A stretch of DNA of 64,000 nt from Spirochaetales bacterium (GCA_009991955.1 JAACWS010000017.1:8486-72485); one strand, 5' to 3'. Numbered from the stretch's first letter, positions 29,241 through 39,705 are shown. Numbers and translations are program-made. The notes: generated by a model not told the origin, from the sequence alone.

Positions 29241-30785
29241 CTAGACCTGTACTTTTGAGTTTCCCCAACCCACAAAGTCACCCAACCATCGTTCTATTCC
29301 CGGGGGATTACGTAAGTAGGTAGCCAAGGCAATATCCTGGGGTTCACTCTCCTTTCGATTATCCATCATCGCCAGGGTAAGAGCTAAGCGCTCTACCGCA
29401 GCAAAACTGCGAAATGATTGGTGAGGTCCCATACCAGGTAGGGATGCACCTTTTCGATTCAGGCGAATTCCTTCTAAACGACCGTTAAGCTTCGCCTCAT
29501 TCTTACTCCACAGTCCTTCAGCCATAATCCTCCGGCTTACCCTGATCGCTTTTTCGACCTCATCTCCAGAACCTGTCCACTTGGGTAACTCGGGCCAGTC
29601 ATCGGTTACCTGGGGCAGGACCATACGAACATCGAATCGATCAAGAAGTGCCGAACCCATTCGAGACCAGTAACGGTGCACGGCCTTCGGATCGCACTGA
29701 CAAATCTCATCGACCTTACCCCTCGCTCCACAGGGACACAAATTCGTAGCCCCTACTAGGGTAAATTCACAGGGGTAGTAACTTACCGTATTGGCCCGAA
29801 TCACCCGAATGACCGACTCTTCCATCGGAAGGCGCAAACCCCCAAGGGTCTTCCCCCCCAACTCTAAGGCTTCGTCTATTGCCAAGAACCCACCGTGAGC
29901 CAAAGAAACCTGACCAGGCATCACCGCCCGGCCACCCCCGAGAATACCCTCGTAGGAAGACGCTGGTCCAGGATACAGAACCGGCGCATCCCAGTCACTA
30001 CTTCGACCCACTCCCCCGTCGGTACCTTCGTAGACCGACATAATTCGATCGAGCTCCCGGCGATGTCTATGAAGCATTGGAATTTTCAGCATACCAAGGG
30101 CCAAAAGAAAACTCGACTTACCAGTGCCCGGAGGTCCTAAAAGCAGGGTGTGGTGGCCCCCTGCGGCCGTAACCCCCAAAGCTAATCGTTGGGTCTCAGG
30201 CATCCACGAAAGATCAGTCGGGGTAGGAGACTCCGAAATTTCGGAAAGCTCACTTGAGGAGGCTCCAGGTCCCAGAGTTCGAAAATGGAGAATCCGATTC
30301 GCTAACTGTCCAAGAAATTCGAGTCCGAGCACCTGCATACCCACCCGGGGGCCATGTTTTGGCATTTCGTTCTGAGCCAAAATACACCGTTCTATGCCCT
30401 TCTCGGCGGCCAATTCTAGGGCCCCTAACACCCCGGGAACAGGATATACCCCACCAGACAATGCAAGTTCTCCACTTACCAAGAGAGGTTCGCTAAAATT
30501 CCAGGGTAACTGATCGGTTGCAGACAATAAGGCGACGGCAAGAGCTAAATCAAATCCCGCTCCCGCTTTCCGAAGACCGGCGGGAGAAAGATTAAAAAGT
30601 ACCCGGGCCTTTGGAACGGAGAATCCAGCATTGCGCATGGCAGCACGAATACGTTCTCGACTCTCTTTTACCGCCGAGTCGGGAAGTCCCACCAAATCAA
30701 TACCGGGAATACCCCTACGTATTTCGACTTCGATTTTTACCAGGGCCCCTTCGTATCCGAGGGGAGAATATGCGTATATGTCCAT
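29241..30785 (-). CDS. comM: YifB/ComM-family Mg-chelatase-like AAA+ ATPase
   Basis: start moved to ATG 30785 (MDIYAYSPLGYEGALVKIEV…, GGAGG RBS); the longer ORF to 30932 would overlap rnhA; Lon-like N domain plus AAA+ Walker A GPPGTGKS. Confidence 0.85.
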   Translation of the reverse strand: MDIYAYSPLGYEGALVKIEVEIRRGIPGIDLVGLPDSAVKESRERIRAAMRNAGFSVPKARVLFNLSPAGLRKAGAGFDLALAVALLSATDQLPWNFSEPLLVSGELALSGGVYPVPGVLGALELAAEKGIERCILAQNEMPKHGPRVGMQVLGLEFLGQLANRILHFRTLGPGASSSELSEISESPTPTDLSWMPETQRLALGVTAAGGHHTLLLGPPGTGKSSFLLALGMLKIPMLHRHRRELDRIMSVYEGTDGGVGRSSDWDAPVLYPGPASSYEGILGGGRAVMPGQVSLAHGGFLAIDEALELGGKTLGGLRLPMEESVIRVIRANTVSYYPCEFTLVGATNLCPCGARGKVDEICQCDPKAVHRYWSRMGSALLDRFDVRMVLPQVTDDWPELPKWTGSGDEVEKAIRVSRRIMAEGLWSKNEAKLNGRLEGIRLNRKGASLPGMGPHQSFRSFAAVERLALTLAMMDNRKESEPQDIALATYLRNPPGIERWLGDFVGWGNSKVQV

Positions 30786-30844
30786 AAGACCTCCACCCTT
30801 TATTACCAGGGCAGAGCTCGTTCTGATTGAACTTTTCGAAAAGT

Positions 30845-31282
30845 TTATGAAATTTCTTTTATTCCTTGGTGAACAAGGGCATCGCACCGCTCGTTCAATG
30901 GATTTCCGCTGTGGCCCTTCACCCATCCCCATTCAAGATCCATTTTTTGGCAAACCGAATCAAGGGCGACCCAAAACTCCTGGTTCTTGACCGGTAGTTT
31001 TGACGCAGTACGCCACCCATTTCGTTTCCAACTGTGAATCCACGTAGTAATTCCATTTTTGACGTACTGGCTGTCGGTAATAACTTTGATCTTTGCACCG
31101 GGAAACTCTTGAAAAGCCCTCTCCAGCCCTCGGGTGACCGCGGTAAGTTCCATTCGATTATTTGTGGTATCTTTCTCACCGCCAAAAGCTTCAACGAGAA
31201 AATCGCTGTCTTTGATGACAAAGGCCCAACCTCCAGGCCCGGGATTCCCAATACACCCCCCATCGGTATACAACTCAACCAT
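30845..31282 (-). CDS. rnhA: ribonuclease HI
   Basis: 145 aa; VELYTDGGC…NNRMEL…ITDSQYV catalytic DEDD residues. Confidence 0.9.
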   Translation of the reverse strand: MVELYTDGGCIGNPGPGGWAFVIKDSDFLVEAFGGEKDTTNNRMELTAVTRGLERAFQEFPGAKIKVITDSQYVKNGITTWIHSWKRNGWRTASKLPVKNQEFWVALDSVCQKMDLEWGWVKGHSGNPLNERCDALVHQGIKEIS

Positions 31283-31340
31283 CTCTACTCCTCACCAAAA
31301 TTTTGCACGAGTATAACAAAATGGGCACCTCCTAGTACCC

Positions 31341-34300
31341 TTATTCCGAGAGGGTTTTAAGGAGACTTATAAAATCCCCGACCGAATCCTGGTGGGCGGA
31401 GGGACCAAAGACGAGAAAACCTTGCTCGTCTTCAAACTTGCAAGGGAGGAAAACTAGTTGATTAAGAGACCCGATTTCCTGCTCGTGTTGGGGCATAAAG
31501 AACAAATAGTTCTTAATATTTGTCACCATTGTTGCTGAGTCTGATTTTAGATACTGATCTAACAACGCATCTTCGGGCGAAATCGGATCAACTTCCCGGG
31601 TATACCCAACCCCAGCCTTGTAGAACATACCTCTTTCGGTAAGGGTAAATATTGCGGCAAACCGTGAATTGAGCAGCCGGCTCAAGGTTACTAAGGCTTT
31701 TACCCTGCCTGGACCATCATTTCGAAAGGGTTCGGCGAAGACGTCGAAATCAAGTCCGTTGGGTCCAAACAAAAACTCCCCATGGTCTTTCTTCCGATAT
31801 CTGCGCAGTCGAGATTTTCCTAACCCCGAGTCACTTTCAAAGTTTTCAAGCCCTAAATCAATCTCGGGCAATTGAAATAGATCCTCGATTGATTCACCAT
31901 CCTCATGTTCGACCGGACTCACCGCGGCTTTTGCGAATGTTGAATCGGATATTTCGACAACACCGTCCGCACCAAAAACCAAGACTGAGTCTTCTTGCTC
32001 ATGGGCTATGTCCGCAATTATTAAGGTTTCGAAGATGGGGTCTCCCTCTGGGATAATCGCTTCACCCTCACCAATCTCCTCGAGGGGTTCGAGGAAGTCC
32101 AGATCGTCATCGTCCATTCGGTTGCTCCAAAGTACTTGTTTTACCTCTCCAATTGGATTCAAGAAGCCTCCACTTATAACATTCTCGATTTCGAGTACCT
32201 CTGAAGGTTCCTCCCCATCATCGCCTTCCTCGGGTTGCCAGGCCTCAGAGGTACTAACAATCCCGCCTTCAATCTGGTCGACAGTCTCTTCCTCGAGGGC
32301 CTCAAGCTCCTCGGCGTCTTCGTCATCCAATTCTTCGAGCTCTTCGATTTCTTGTTCAAGTACAGGTACGTTTACTGCGCCTTCGGCCAGTATTTCTAAA
32401 GCGCCAAAGTTGAGATTCTCATATTCTTCCTCAACGACCGGTCTTCGAGGTGCCTTAGATATCGAATCTTTTGTCGTAGCACTCTCACTTTGAGCGACCA
32501 CCTCTTCGAGTTCATCTGCATCGTCGGCTTCTTCTTCGTTGGGGTCCAGCTCCTCGATTTCTTCGACCTCTTCCACTTCCTCGGCTTCTGGTACTTCCTC
32601 GGCTTCTGGTACTTCCTCGGCTTCTTCCAGGTTTTGCAGGTCTTCTAGCTCTTCTAATTCCTCGGGCTCTTCGGGCTCTTGGGCATCGCGGCTTTCCGCC
32701 CCGTCGGAACCAAGCTCTTCTAAATCTTCCAGCTCTTCTAATTCCTCGGGCTCTGCGGACTCCTGGGCATCGCGGCTGTCCGCCCCGTCGGAACCAAGCT
32801 CTTCTAAATCTTCCAGCTCTTCTAATTCCTCGGGCTCTTCGGACTCTTGGGCATCGGGGCTTTCCGCCCCGTCGGAACCAAGCTCTTCTAAATCTTCCAG
32901 CTCTTCTAATTCCTCGGGCTCTTCGGACTCTTGGGCATCGCGGCTGTCCACCCCGCCGGAACCAAGCTCTTCTAAATCTTCCAGCTCTTCGGCGTCGTCT
33001 TTACCAAGGTCTATGGGCATCGAAGACCCAACAGGAATCGGCCTTGCTATCTTTGATTTCGTTGGGGACGGTAAGGCCATTGCGGTCTTAGAGCCCTGGG
33101 AATCCCCTGCCGTGGGGCTCAAATTGGCATTTTGAAGACTGCTAACTACCCGTTGCATAGCCTGCTCAATACGATCGATATCGAGTTGGGATGTACCTGA
33201 CAGTAGTTTTTTACTTCCGAGTACCTCCAGAATTTCTTCCCAGCTACTCTCCATGAGCTGTTGGATACTAGGATCGTTTTTTTGTCCCTTTGGCAGTCCC
33301 TTTAGGATTTGACCAAAAACATCGTCCTTTCGAAGCCGTAGTTCGTTCTTCCATTTTTGAACATCAAAATCTTGTTTACTCTCCAGATACTCCTGGACCA
33401 GTCCAATCTGAAATCGCTTAATCCGATCGGTGATGACAACTACCGAATCATGCCTCAGGTTTACTAACAGAAAAATCAGGAGAAAAGAAGATGACCATAT
33501 GAGCCCTACGAGGACTGCCTTAAGTGCATCACTTAAGACAAGTTCGTTTTCAGGTATAAGGGTTGCAAGGGTAAAAGAAGACGACTTGGTGGAAATGAGA
33601 ACGTATCGCTGGCCACCAAGATCCAGCCGGCCAAAGAGTTCCTCTTCGTTGTCCAAAAAATTTAAGTCCGCCGGCGATATTGATTGCCGAATAGAATCCG
33701 TAGAATTAAAAAGGAAAAGACTATCGCTCAAGAAGAACGCACCTCTATCTACCGATAGCAGTCCCGCCTGAATCAGCCGATTCTCCAAAGGACGGAAGTT
33801 CCCTAAAAATACTGCGTGACCCCGTAGTATTTCTAAATCATCAATGATCGGTCGTATTAAATAAAACTGTTGCCGCTCGCTCTGAATCAAGAATATCGGA
33901 GGATAGTAATCTTCGGAAATGTCTACCAGCAGATTTCGTAAAAACTCAAGATCTTCAATTTGATCTACCGGTCGGTATACTATACGTTGGGAACCCGATT
34001 CGAGAGAATCAGAAATACGCGTACTGTAATACATCCGACTAAGGTCCGGTTGAAATATGCGTAAGCTCGTTAACCCAGGGCTCAATTGGAAGGCCTCTTG
34101 AATGAGCTCGCGACGCCGGGTTATTAAATCTGTCGTTTGGTTTATGAGGTAGGCTTGATAAAACGCCTCGTCGATTCCGAGCGTTTCGGTCCGGGCCAGA
34201 ATGTCTGCCTTGTAAAAGTCCAGGATGTTCGCCGATTGACTTAAGTCTGTCTCAAGACGGTTTTGTATCCGGCTCTCGTAAAAAACGTATTCTAAAGAAT

Positions 34301-34418
34301 CAAAAACGCCCAAGACTCCAGCGACAATGAAGGCCCCTGCTATGAGGGTAGAGAACAATAAGCTGAGTAAAACTTTTTGAACAGATTTCATTGAACTAAA
34401 TCGACCGGTATCCCCCAC
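31341..34418 (-). CDS. large hypothetical membrane protein: TM - ~270-aa extracytoplasmic domain - TM - long acidic tandem-repeat region - C-terminal uncharacterised domain
   Basis: 1025 aa; two hydrophobic helices (residues ~15-38 and ~290-312); 28-aa repeats SDGAESPDAQESEEPEELEELEDLEELG ×4 and EEVPEA ×3; GTG start at 34418, alternative ATG 34391. Confidence 0.6.
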   Translation of the reverse strand: MGDTGRFSSMKSVQKVLLSLLFSTLIAGAFIVAGVLGVFDSLEYVFYESRIQNRLETDLSQSANILDFYKADILARTETLGIDEAFYQAYLINQTTDLITRRRELIQEAFQLSPGLTSLRIFQPDLSRMYYSTRISDSLESGSQRIVYRPVDQIEDLEFLRNLLVDISEDYYPPIFLIQSERQQFYLIRPIIDDLEILRGHAVFLGNFRPLENRLIQAGLLSVDRGAFFLSDSLFLFNSTDSIRQSISPADLNFLDNEEELFGRLDLGGQRYVLISTKSSSFTLATLIPENELVLSDALKAVLVGLIWSSSFLLIFLLVNLRHDSVVVITDRIKRFQIGLVQEYLESKQDFDVQKWKNELRLRKDDVFGQILKGLPKGQKNDPSIQQLMESSWEEILEVLGSKKLLSGTSQLDIDRIEQAMQRVVSSLQNANLSPTAGDSQGSKTAMALPSPTKSKIARPIPVGSSMPIDLGKDDAEELEDLEELGSGGVDSRDAQESEEPEELEELEDLEELGSDGAESPDAQESEEPEELEELEDLEELGSDGADSRDAQESAEPEELEELEDLEELGSDGAESRDAQEPEEPEELEELEDLQNLEEAEEVPEAEEVPEAEEVEEVEEIEELDPNEEEADDADELEEVVAQSESATTKDSISKAPRRPVVEEEYENLNFGALEILAEGAVNVPVLEQEIEELEELDDEDAEELEALEEETVDQIEGGIVSTSEAWQPEEGDDGEEPSEVLEIENVISGGFLNPIGEVKQVLWSNRMDDDDLDFLEPLEEIGEGEAIIPEGDPIFETLIIADIAHEQEDSVLVFGADGVVEISDSTFAKAAVSPVEHEDGESIEDLFQLPEIDLGLENFESDSGLGKSRLRRYRKKDHGEFLFGPNGLDFDVFAEPFRNDGPGRVKALVTLSRLLNSRFAAIFTLTERGMFYKAGVGYTREVDPISPEDALLDQYLKSDSATMVTNIKNYLFFMPQHEQEIGSLNQLVFLPCKFEDEQGFLVFGPSAHQDSVGDFISLLKTLSE
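32626..32995. repeat. in-frame 84-bp tandem repeat (~4.2 copies) plus adjacent 18-bp repeat (32576-32620) inside the large acidic protein gene
   Basis: unit ccaagctcttctaaatcttccagctcttctaattcctcgggctcttcggactcttgggcatcgcggctgtccgccccgtcggaa starts at 32710, 32794, 32878, 32962 (period exactly 84). Confidence 0.8.
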
Positions 34419-34591
34419 TCATACTGTCGGAATAATCCAGTCCAGACTACAGTCTTTGACGCTCGATACTAACCCTAATTCCTTCAAAGTTCAAACCGAA
34501 AGGCAGGGTACCTCAGAATTCTTCCATTCTCACAGGATTTGTACCTCCAAACTCACATAAAAAGTAATTCCCAAAGAACCTAAGCAAGGAC

Positions 34592-34617
34592 AAAAAAACC
34601 GCGGGTTTGTCCCGCGG
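34592..34617 (-). terminator. rho-independent terminator downstream of rplQ (end of alpha operon)
   Basis: minus-strand RNA CCGCGGG-acaaa-CCCGCGG followed by UUUUUUU (plus strand aaaaaaaCCGCGGGtttgtCCCGCGG). Confidence 0.6.
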
Positions 34618-34658
34618 TTAGTCACTCTAAGCCCATGCAAAATAGTAAGGGGTCTAAT

Positions 34659-35195
34659 CTAGACCTTCGCAGACTTAGCTGTTTTGACGTTTGCCGCCTT
34701 CGGAGCGGACGCTTTAGGTGCTGTAGCCTTTTTCGCCCCCGAAGCCTCTTTGACCTTTGGTTCTTTTGTCTTAGGTTCGGTCTTTTTTATATCTTTATCT
34801 TCTTTCGAAGGCTTTACCTTCTCAGCTTTCTCCTCAACAACTCGGTCTACAAGTTCGAGAATCACCATTTCCGTAGAGTCAGCGGACCGTTGTCCAAGCT
34901 TCATTATTCGGGTGTAGCCACCTGGTCGAGAGACGAAACGGGGCCCAATATCCGTAAAGAGTTTGGCCAAAATAGCCTCATCTTTTATTCGCCGACCAAT
35001 CATACGTCGGTTGTGAACCGAATCAACCTTTGCCCGAGTAATCATCTTCTCCGCTTTCTGTCGGATCGCGAGAGCTTTAGTTTGGGTCGTAGTAATTCGT
35101 TCGTACTTAAAAAGGGACGTAATCATATTCTTGATTAATGCTTCCCGATGACTCGTTTTTCGACCGAGCCGATTAAAACCAATTTTATGCTTCAT
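34659..35195 (-). CDS. rplQ: 50S ribosomal protein L17 with C-terminal Lys/Ala-rich extension
   Basis: conserved L17 core (residues 1-~117) followed by ~60-aa [28 protein letters not shown] tail. Confidence 0.9.
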   Translation of the reverse strand: MKHKIGFNRLGRKTSHREALIKNMITSLFKYERITTTQTKALAIRQKAEKMITRAKVDSVHNRRMIGRRIKDEAILAKLFTDIGPRFVSRPGGYTRIMKLGQRSADSTEMVILELVDRVVEEKAEKVKPSKEDKDIKKTEPKTKEPKVKEASGAKKATAPKASAPKAANVKTAKSAKV

Positions 35196-36243
35196 CGTCT
35201 AATTCTTCCTTCTTCTCAGGAAATTTGACCGAACTTTTGACCGACGAATAATCGGTCATACCAAGACTCAAGTTCCATTCTTTCAATTTTTCTTTGATCT
35301 CTTGGAGAGATTTTTTTCCAAAATTCCGGGTTTTTGCGATCTCATCCTCGGTCTTCGATGTCAGATCCCCTATTGTCTTAATGTTCGCATTTTTCAAGCA
35401 ATTACTCGATCGTACCGACAATTCTAACTCATCCACCGGCGTCTCAAGCAAAGACCGAACACGCTCGTTATCCTCATCAATATCATCATCTCCGAGAATA
35501 TGGTCCTCATCGAAGTTAATAAAGACAGTGAAGTGATCCTTCGCTATTTTTGCCGCTTCGGCAATGGCATCTTCAGGTCTTACGCTACCATCAGTCCATA
35601 CCTCGAAGGTGAGTTTATCGTAATCGGTTCTATGACCAACTCGAGCACTCTCTACATTGTAGACGACCCGACGAATTGGGGAAAAAAGCGCATCAATAGC
35701 GATAGTTCCTACAATTTCGATATACTTTTCGTTCATTTCAGAGGGTACATAGCCCCGTCCCAAATCCACCTGTAGTTCGATCTCGAGATTTGCATTATCC
35801 ATAAGGGTCAATAAATGAAGCTCGGGATTGAGAACCTCAATATCGGTTTGCTCGGCAATGACTGCCGCGCTAATTGCCCCAGAACCTTTCAAACTTACAA
35901 GAACAATTTTTTGTTCTACATCTTCAGGCAATCGGACCCGCAGTTGCTTCAGACTGTTTATAAAATCCGAGGTGTCCTCAACAACTTCAGGAATAGACTC
36001 GAACTCACTCGACAGGACGTGGGCCGTACCTTCGGCATTATAAGAAGTAATTCTCACAGCAGTTACTGCGTATCCCTGGATACTCGACAGTAAAATCCGC
36101 CTTAAAGTATTACCAACTGTAGTACCGAACCCTCGTTCAAAAGGGTGGGCCATAAACTTCCCGTAGTTTTTGTTTACTTCGCTATGTTCAAATTGAATGC
36201 CTGCCGGTCGTTTAAAACCCTTCAAAAGGCTTTTTCGCGCCAT
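35185..36243 (-). CDS. rpoA: DNA-directed RNA polymerase subunit alpha
   Basis: 352 aa; N-terminal dimerisation domain and C-terminal alphaCTD. Confidence 0.95.
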   Translation of the reverse strand: MARKSLLKGFKRPAGIQFEHSEVNKNYGKFMAHPFERGFGTTVGNTLRRILLSSIQGYAVTAVRITSYNAEGTAHVLSSEFESIPEVVEDTSDFINSLKQLRVRLPEDVEQKIVLVSLKGSGAISAAVIAEQTDIEVLNPELHLLTLMDNANLEIELQVDLGRGYVPSEMNEKYIEIVGTIAIDALFSPIRRVVYNVESARVGHRTDYDKLTFEVWTDGSVRPEDAIAEAAKIAKDHFTVFINFDEDHILGDDDIDEDNERVRSLLETPVDELELSVRSSNCLKNANIKTIGDLTSKTEDEIAKTRNFGKKSLQEIKEKLKEWNLSLGMTDYSSVKSSVKFPEKKEELDDEA

Positions 36244-36274
36244 TTGCTCTCCTTATCGTTAAAAACTTACGAGT

Positions 36275-36658
36275 TTACACCCGTCGGGTTTTCTTAGGGC
36301 GACAGCCATTATGAGGGATCGGAGTGATGTCCTTTATAGTACGTACTCGCAAACCCAGGGCTCCTAACGAACGGATCGCAGACTCGCGCCCGACCCCCGG
36401 ACCTTTCACAAACACATGAACGTCCTGAAGACCAAAATCAAGGGCCTTCTGAGCAGCAGACTCGGCAGTACTTTGGGCTGCAAAAGGCGTAGATTTCTTC
36501 GCCCCTTTGAAACCTAAGCCACCCGCACTGGCCCACGATAATGCGTTACCACGCATATCGGTGATCGTTACTATGGTGTTGTTAAAAGTTGCCTGGATAT
36601 GAACCATCCCTTCGGTAACTACCTTTTTTTCTTTCTTTTTCTTAACTGTTTTAGCCAC
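36275..36658 (-). CDS. rpsK: 30S ribosomal protein S11
   Basis: 127 aa, conserved S11 sequence; directly upstream of rpoA (no rpsD between). Confidence 0.95.
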   Translation of the reverse strand: MAKTVKKKKEKKVVTEGMVHIQATFNNTIVTITDMRGNALSWASAGGLGFKGAKKSTPFAAQSTAESAAQKALDFGLQDVHVFVKGPGVGRESAIRSLGALGLRVRTIKDITPIPHNGCRPKKTRRV

Positions 36659-36676
36659 AGTATCTATCCTCCAGGA

Positions 36677-37042
36677 TTACTTCTTTTTCCCTGCTACTGT
36701 CTTACGCTTGCCCTTACGAGTTCGAGCGTTAGTAGAAGTCCGTTGACCTCTTACAGGAAGACCGCGTCTATGACGAAGCCCTCGGTAACAGCCGATATCC
36801 ATGAGACGTTTAATGTTCAAAGATACTTCGGTCCGAAGTCTACCTTCTACTTTGAAATCGTTCTCAATGACCGTTCGGAGTTCATTGACTTCTTCTCCGG
36901 TAAGGTCGTTAATCCGTTTGTTGGGATCAATACCAGTCTTTTCACAAATGAGTTTTGCAGATGTTCTTCCGATACCAAAGATGTATGTCAGCGCGATCTC
37001 TACATGCTTATTCGGAAGGTCCACTCCGGCAATACGAGCCAT
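36677..37042 (-). CDS. rpsM: 30S ribosomal protein S13
   Basis: 121 aa; [10 protein letters not shown]… S13 N-terminus. Confidence 0.95.
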   Translation of the reverse strand: MARIAGVDLPNKHVEIALTYIFGIGRTSAKLICEKTGIDPNKRINDLTGEEVNELRTVIENDFKVEGRLRTEVSLNIKRLMDIGCYRGLRHRRGLPVRGQRTSTNARTRKGKRKTVAGKKK

Positions 37043-37053
37043 TCAATGTCCTC

Positions 37054-37167
37054 CTATCTCTGTCTCTGCTTGTGCTTTGGATTCTCGCAGATTATACGCA
37101 CTACACCGCGTCTCTTAATAACCTTGCACTTATCGCAAATTGGTTTAACACTTACACGTACTTTCAT
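37054..37167 (-). CDS. rpmJ: 50S ribosomal protein L36
   Basis: not in ORF track (37 aa); manual translation [37 protein letters not shown] with C-x2-C…C-x4-H Zn ribbon. Confidence 0.85.
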   Translation of the reverse strand: MKVRVSVKPICDKCKVIKRRGVVRIICENPKHKQRQR

Positions 37168-37200
37168 TTTCCATTTCCCCCTGGTCCAACACTCAGTGGA

Positions 37201-38523
37201 CTAAAGATTCCGCGAACGGATTTTCCCTTTTTTGGTAAAACCACCGTGGTGGTGCATTCTCAACTGTCCTTCGATTTGCGACATCAGATCCAGGTCTACA
37301 CCAACTAAAATCAGAAGACTCGTACCTCCCATGAGAAACGCAACCTGCGCAGGAAAGTTAAAGACCGACTGAACGATAGTAGGAATTACCGCTATGAAGG
37401 CAAGGAACAAAGAACCAGGCAAGATAATCCGATTAAGGACTCGGGTCAAATACTCTTCCATCTTTTCCGACCGAATTCCCGGTATCGAACCGCCATTCTC
37501 CCGGATATTCCGAGAAATTTCAATAGGGTTCAAGGTGACCTGGGTATAGAAGAATGCGAAGAACACAATGAGTAGAGTGTACAAAACAATGTACAAGCCA
37601 CCACTGGGATTCAAGGCATCGGCCACGCTCTGGAGCCATCGTACATTTGGGCCTAAAGACTGGGCAATCTGCAAGGGAAAGGTCAAAATCGACGATGCGA
37701 AGATAACTGGTATTACCCCTGAAGGATTAATTTTAAACGGTATATAGGTGTTTTGAGCACCGTACATTCTCCGGCCCACAACCCGCTTCGCATAATTTAC
37801 CGGTATTTTTCTCTGACCTCGCTGTTCGTAGATGACGAGAACAACAACCGCCACAAACATAACGAAGGCCAAAATAACAAACACCGGATTCAGTTGTTGA
37901 TTCTGGATCGCTTGGAAAAGCTGCCATACCGCGTTTGGCATTCGAGCAATAATACCAGCGAAAATAATCAACGAAATGCCATTCCCAATTCCACGCTGAT
38001 TAATTTGCTCTCCGAGCCACATTAAAAAAACCGTACCGGTAGTTACCGTCAACATTGCGACCAAGGTATAGGCCGTACGATTGATTGTTATCGCATCGGG
38101 AATACTGCTGGCATAGAATGTAACCGTTAGAGATTGGACGAGGGCTACAATAACTGTTCCCCATCGAATCCACTTTTGGACTTTCTTCCTACCCCCGTCT
38201 TCCTCGCTAATCTTCTTTAGGCTCGGAAAGACAAGCAATACAAGCTGCATGATGATCGACATTGAAATGTACGGCATAATACCGAGCATAAAAATCGAGA
38301 AGTTTGTAAAGGCTCCTCCACTAAAAAAGTCAAGAAACCCTTCGATGGACACCCCGCCGGTAGATTGTTGGGTCGAAAAATACGCCTTGAGGGCAGAAAC
38401 GTTAATTCCCGGAATAGGCACGACAGTACCAATCCGAAATACCGTTAAAACCCCAAGAGTGTAGAGGATTCGATCTCTTAAATCTTTTATCCGGAAGATA
38501 TCCAACAAAGCACTATTCGCCAT
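37201..38523 (-). CDS. secY: preprotein translocase subunit SecY
   Basis: 440 aa, 10 TM helices, conserved SecY motifs. Confidence 0.95.
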   Translation of the reverse strand: MANSALLDIFRIKDLRDRILYTLGVLTVFRIGTVVPIPGINVSALKAYFSTQQSTGGVSIEGFLDFFSGGAFTNFSIFMLGIMPYISMSIIMQLVLLVFPSLKKISEEDGGRKKVQKWIRWGTVIVALVQSLTVTFYASSIPDAITINRTAYTLVAMLTVTTGTVFLMWLGEQINQRGIGNGISLIIFAGIIARMPNAVWQLFQAIQNQQLNPVFVILAFVMFVAVVVLVIYEQRGQRKIPVNYAKRVVGRRMYGAQNTYIPFKINPSGVIPVIFASSILTFPLQIAQSLGPNVRWLQSVADALNPSGGLYIVLYTLLIVFFAFFYTQVTLNPIEISRNIRENGGSIPGIRSEKMEEYLTRVLNRIILPGSLFLAFIAVIPTIVQSVFNFPAQVAFLMGGTSLLILVGVDLDLMSQIEGQLRMHHHGGFTKKGKIRSRNL

Positions 38524-38983
38524 TGGTTTCGTCCTGTACTATCTCGAATTCTTTTACGACGCCGCCGGCTTTTTCGATTTTCGCCTTGGCAGAAGCAGAA
38601 ACAGCTACAAACTCAAGGGTGAGTTTCTTTGTGATTTCACCAGTTCCGAGAATCTTAACTTCGATCTCCGAATTCTTAATGAGATTCTTTTCCCGAAGGG
38701 TATCAATCGATACAACATCTCCATCTTTAAAACATCGGTCTAAAGACGAAACATCAACGACAGTGAACTTTACCTTGAAAGGATAGTTAGAAAAACCTCG
38801 GCGGGCGATTCTTCGGTAAAGAGGCATTTGCCCCCCCTCGAATCCGGGTCGTACTCCACCTCCAGATCTGGCGTTTTGTCCATTATTACCCTTACCGGCA
38901 GTAGTACCATTGCCGGTACCCTGTCCTCGGCCTACCCGCTTCTTCTGTTTTGTCGCCCCAAGGGGCTTACGGAGCATGCTCAT
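38513..38983 (-). CDS. rplO: 50S ribosomal protein L15
   Basis: 156 aa; Gly-rich N-terminus RVGRGQGTGNGTTAGKG. Confidence 0.95.
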   Translation of the reverse strand: MSMLRKPLGATKQKKRVGRGQGTGNGTTAGKGNNGQNARSGGGVRPGFEGGQMPLYRRIARRGFSNYPFKVKFTVVDVSSLDRCFKDGDVVSIDTLREKNLIKNSEIEVKILGTGEITKKLTLEFVAVSASAKAKIEKAGGVVKEFEIVQDETNGE

Positions 38984-39162
38984 TACTTAATCTCCTGAAC
39001 CTCAAGCAGGTACGAGATAGTATTTACCATTCCTAAGATCATTGGGTTTGATTCTTTCTCGACTACCTGATTGATTTTACGTAAACCAAGAGCCTCGACT
39101 GTTGCTCTATGATTCGGCTTGCGACCTATTGGACTTTTAATTAACCTAATTGACAGCTTCAT
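38983..39162 (-). CDS. rpmD: 50S ribosomal protein L30
   Basis: not in ORF track (59 aa); manual translation [59 protein letters not shown]; its stop overlaps the rplO start by 1 nt. Confidence 0.85.
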   Translation of the reverse strand: MKLSIRLIKSPIGRKPNHRATVEALGLRKINQVVEKESNPMILGMVNTISYLLEVQEIK

Positions 39163-39165
39163 GGC

Positions 39166-39705
39166 TTACCCCCACATTTCCGCGATAGATTTGCCACGAT
39201 TCTTTGCTACGATTTTGGCATCGTATAGATTCTCAAGCCCATTGAACACGGCTTTTACTACGTTAATAGAATTCCGCGATCCCAGGCTCTTACTGAGTAC
39301 ATCATTAACGCCACCAACCTCGAGAATCGCCCGCACTGCTCCACCGGCTATAACACCGGCTCCAGGGGCTGCGGGTCGCATAATGACACTCGCACTCTTG
39401 AAAGATCCTACAACTTCATGAGGTATAGTTGCCTTCTTGCGGGGTATGGTAATCATGCTTTTTTTGGCCTTCTCTACACTCTTACGAATTGCCTCGGAAA
39501 CATCATTAGCCTTACCGAATCCATATCCCACTCGACCATTCTTGTCACCAACTACTACAAGAGCAGAGAATGAAAATCGTCGTCCACCCTTTACTACCTT
39601 GGCAACCCGATTAAGAGTAATTAACTTCTCGGTAAACTCTTTGTCCCGATCGCGATCCCTGTCTCGATCTCGATTTCTATCTCTATCTCCGCCACGATTT
39701 TCCAC
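39166..39705 (-). CDS. rpsE: 30S ribosomal protein S5 with N-terminal (DR)n low-complexity extension
   Basis: 179 aa; [19 protein letters not shown] precedes the conserved S5 dsRBD core. Confidence 0.95.
   Translation of the reverse strand: MENRGGDRDRNRDRDRDRDRDKEFTEKLITLNRVAKVVKGGRRFSFSALVVVGDKNGRVGYGFGKANDVSEAIRKSVEKAKKSMITIPRKKATIPHEVVGSFKSASVIMRPAAPGAGVIAGGAVRAILEVGGVNDVLSKSLGSRNSINVVKAVFNGLENLYDAKIVAKNRGKSIAEMWG

Noticed and set aside
30786-30932. 49-codon N-terminal extension of the comM ORF (GTG/ATG at 30932)
   Set aside because: The extension would overlap the 3' end of rnhA by 88 nt, is not conserved and is Arg/Ser-rich. ATG 30785 has a GGAGG RBS and gives the canonical ComM N-terminus.
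32626-32995. Regularly spaced 84-bp direct repeats considered as a possible CRISPR-like array
   Set aside because: The repeats are directly adjacent with no unique spacers, and they are in frame inside a long ORF encoding a sensible 28-aa peptide repeat. They are therefore coding tandem repeats, not CRISPR.
32539-33135. 198-aa poly-Ser/Ala + strand ORF
   Set aside because: It is the reverse-complement reading of the GAA/GAG/GAT-rich acidic repeat region of the large minus-strand gene (TTC/CTC/ATC read as Ser/Leu). It is pure low-complexity sequence.
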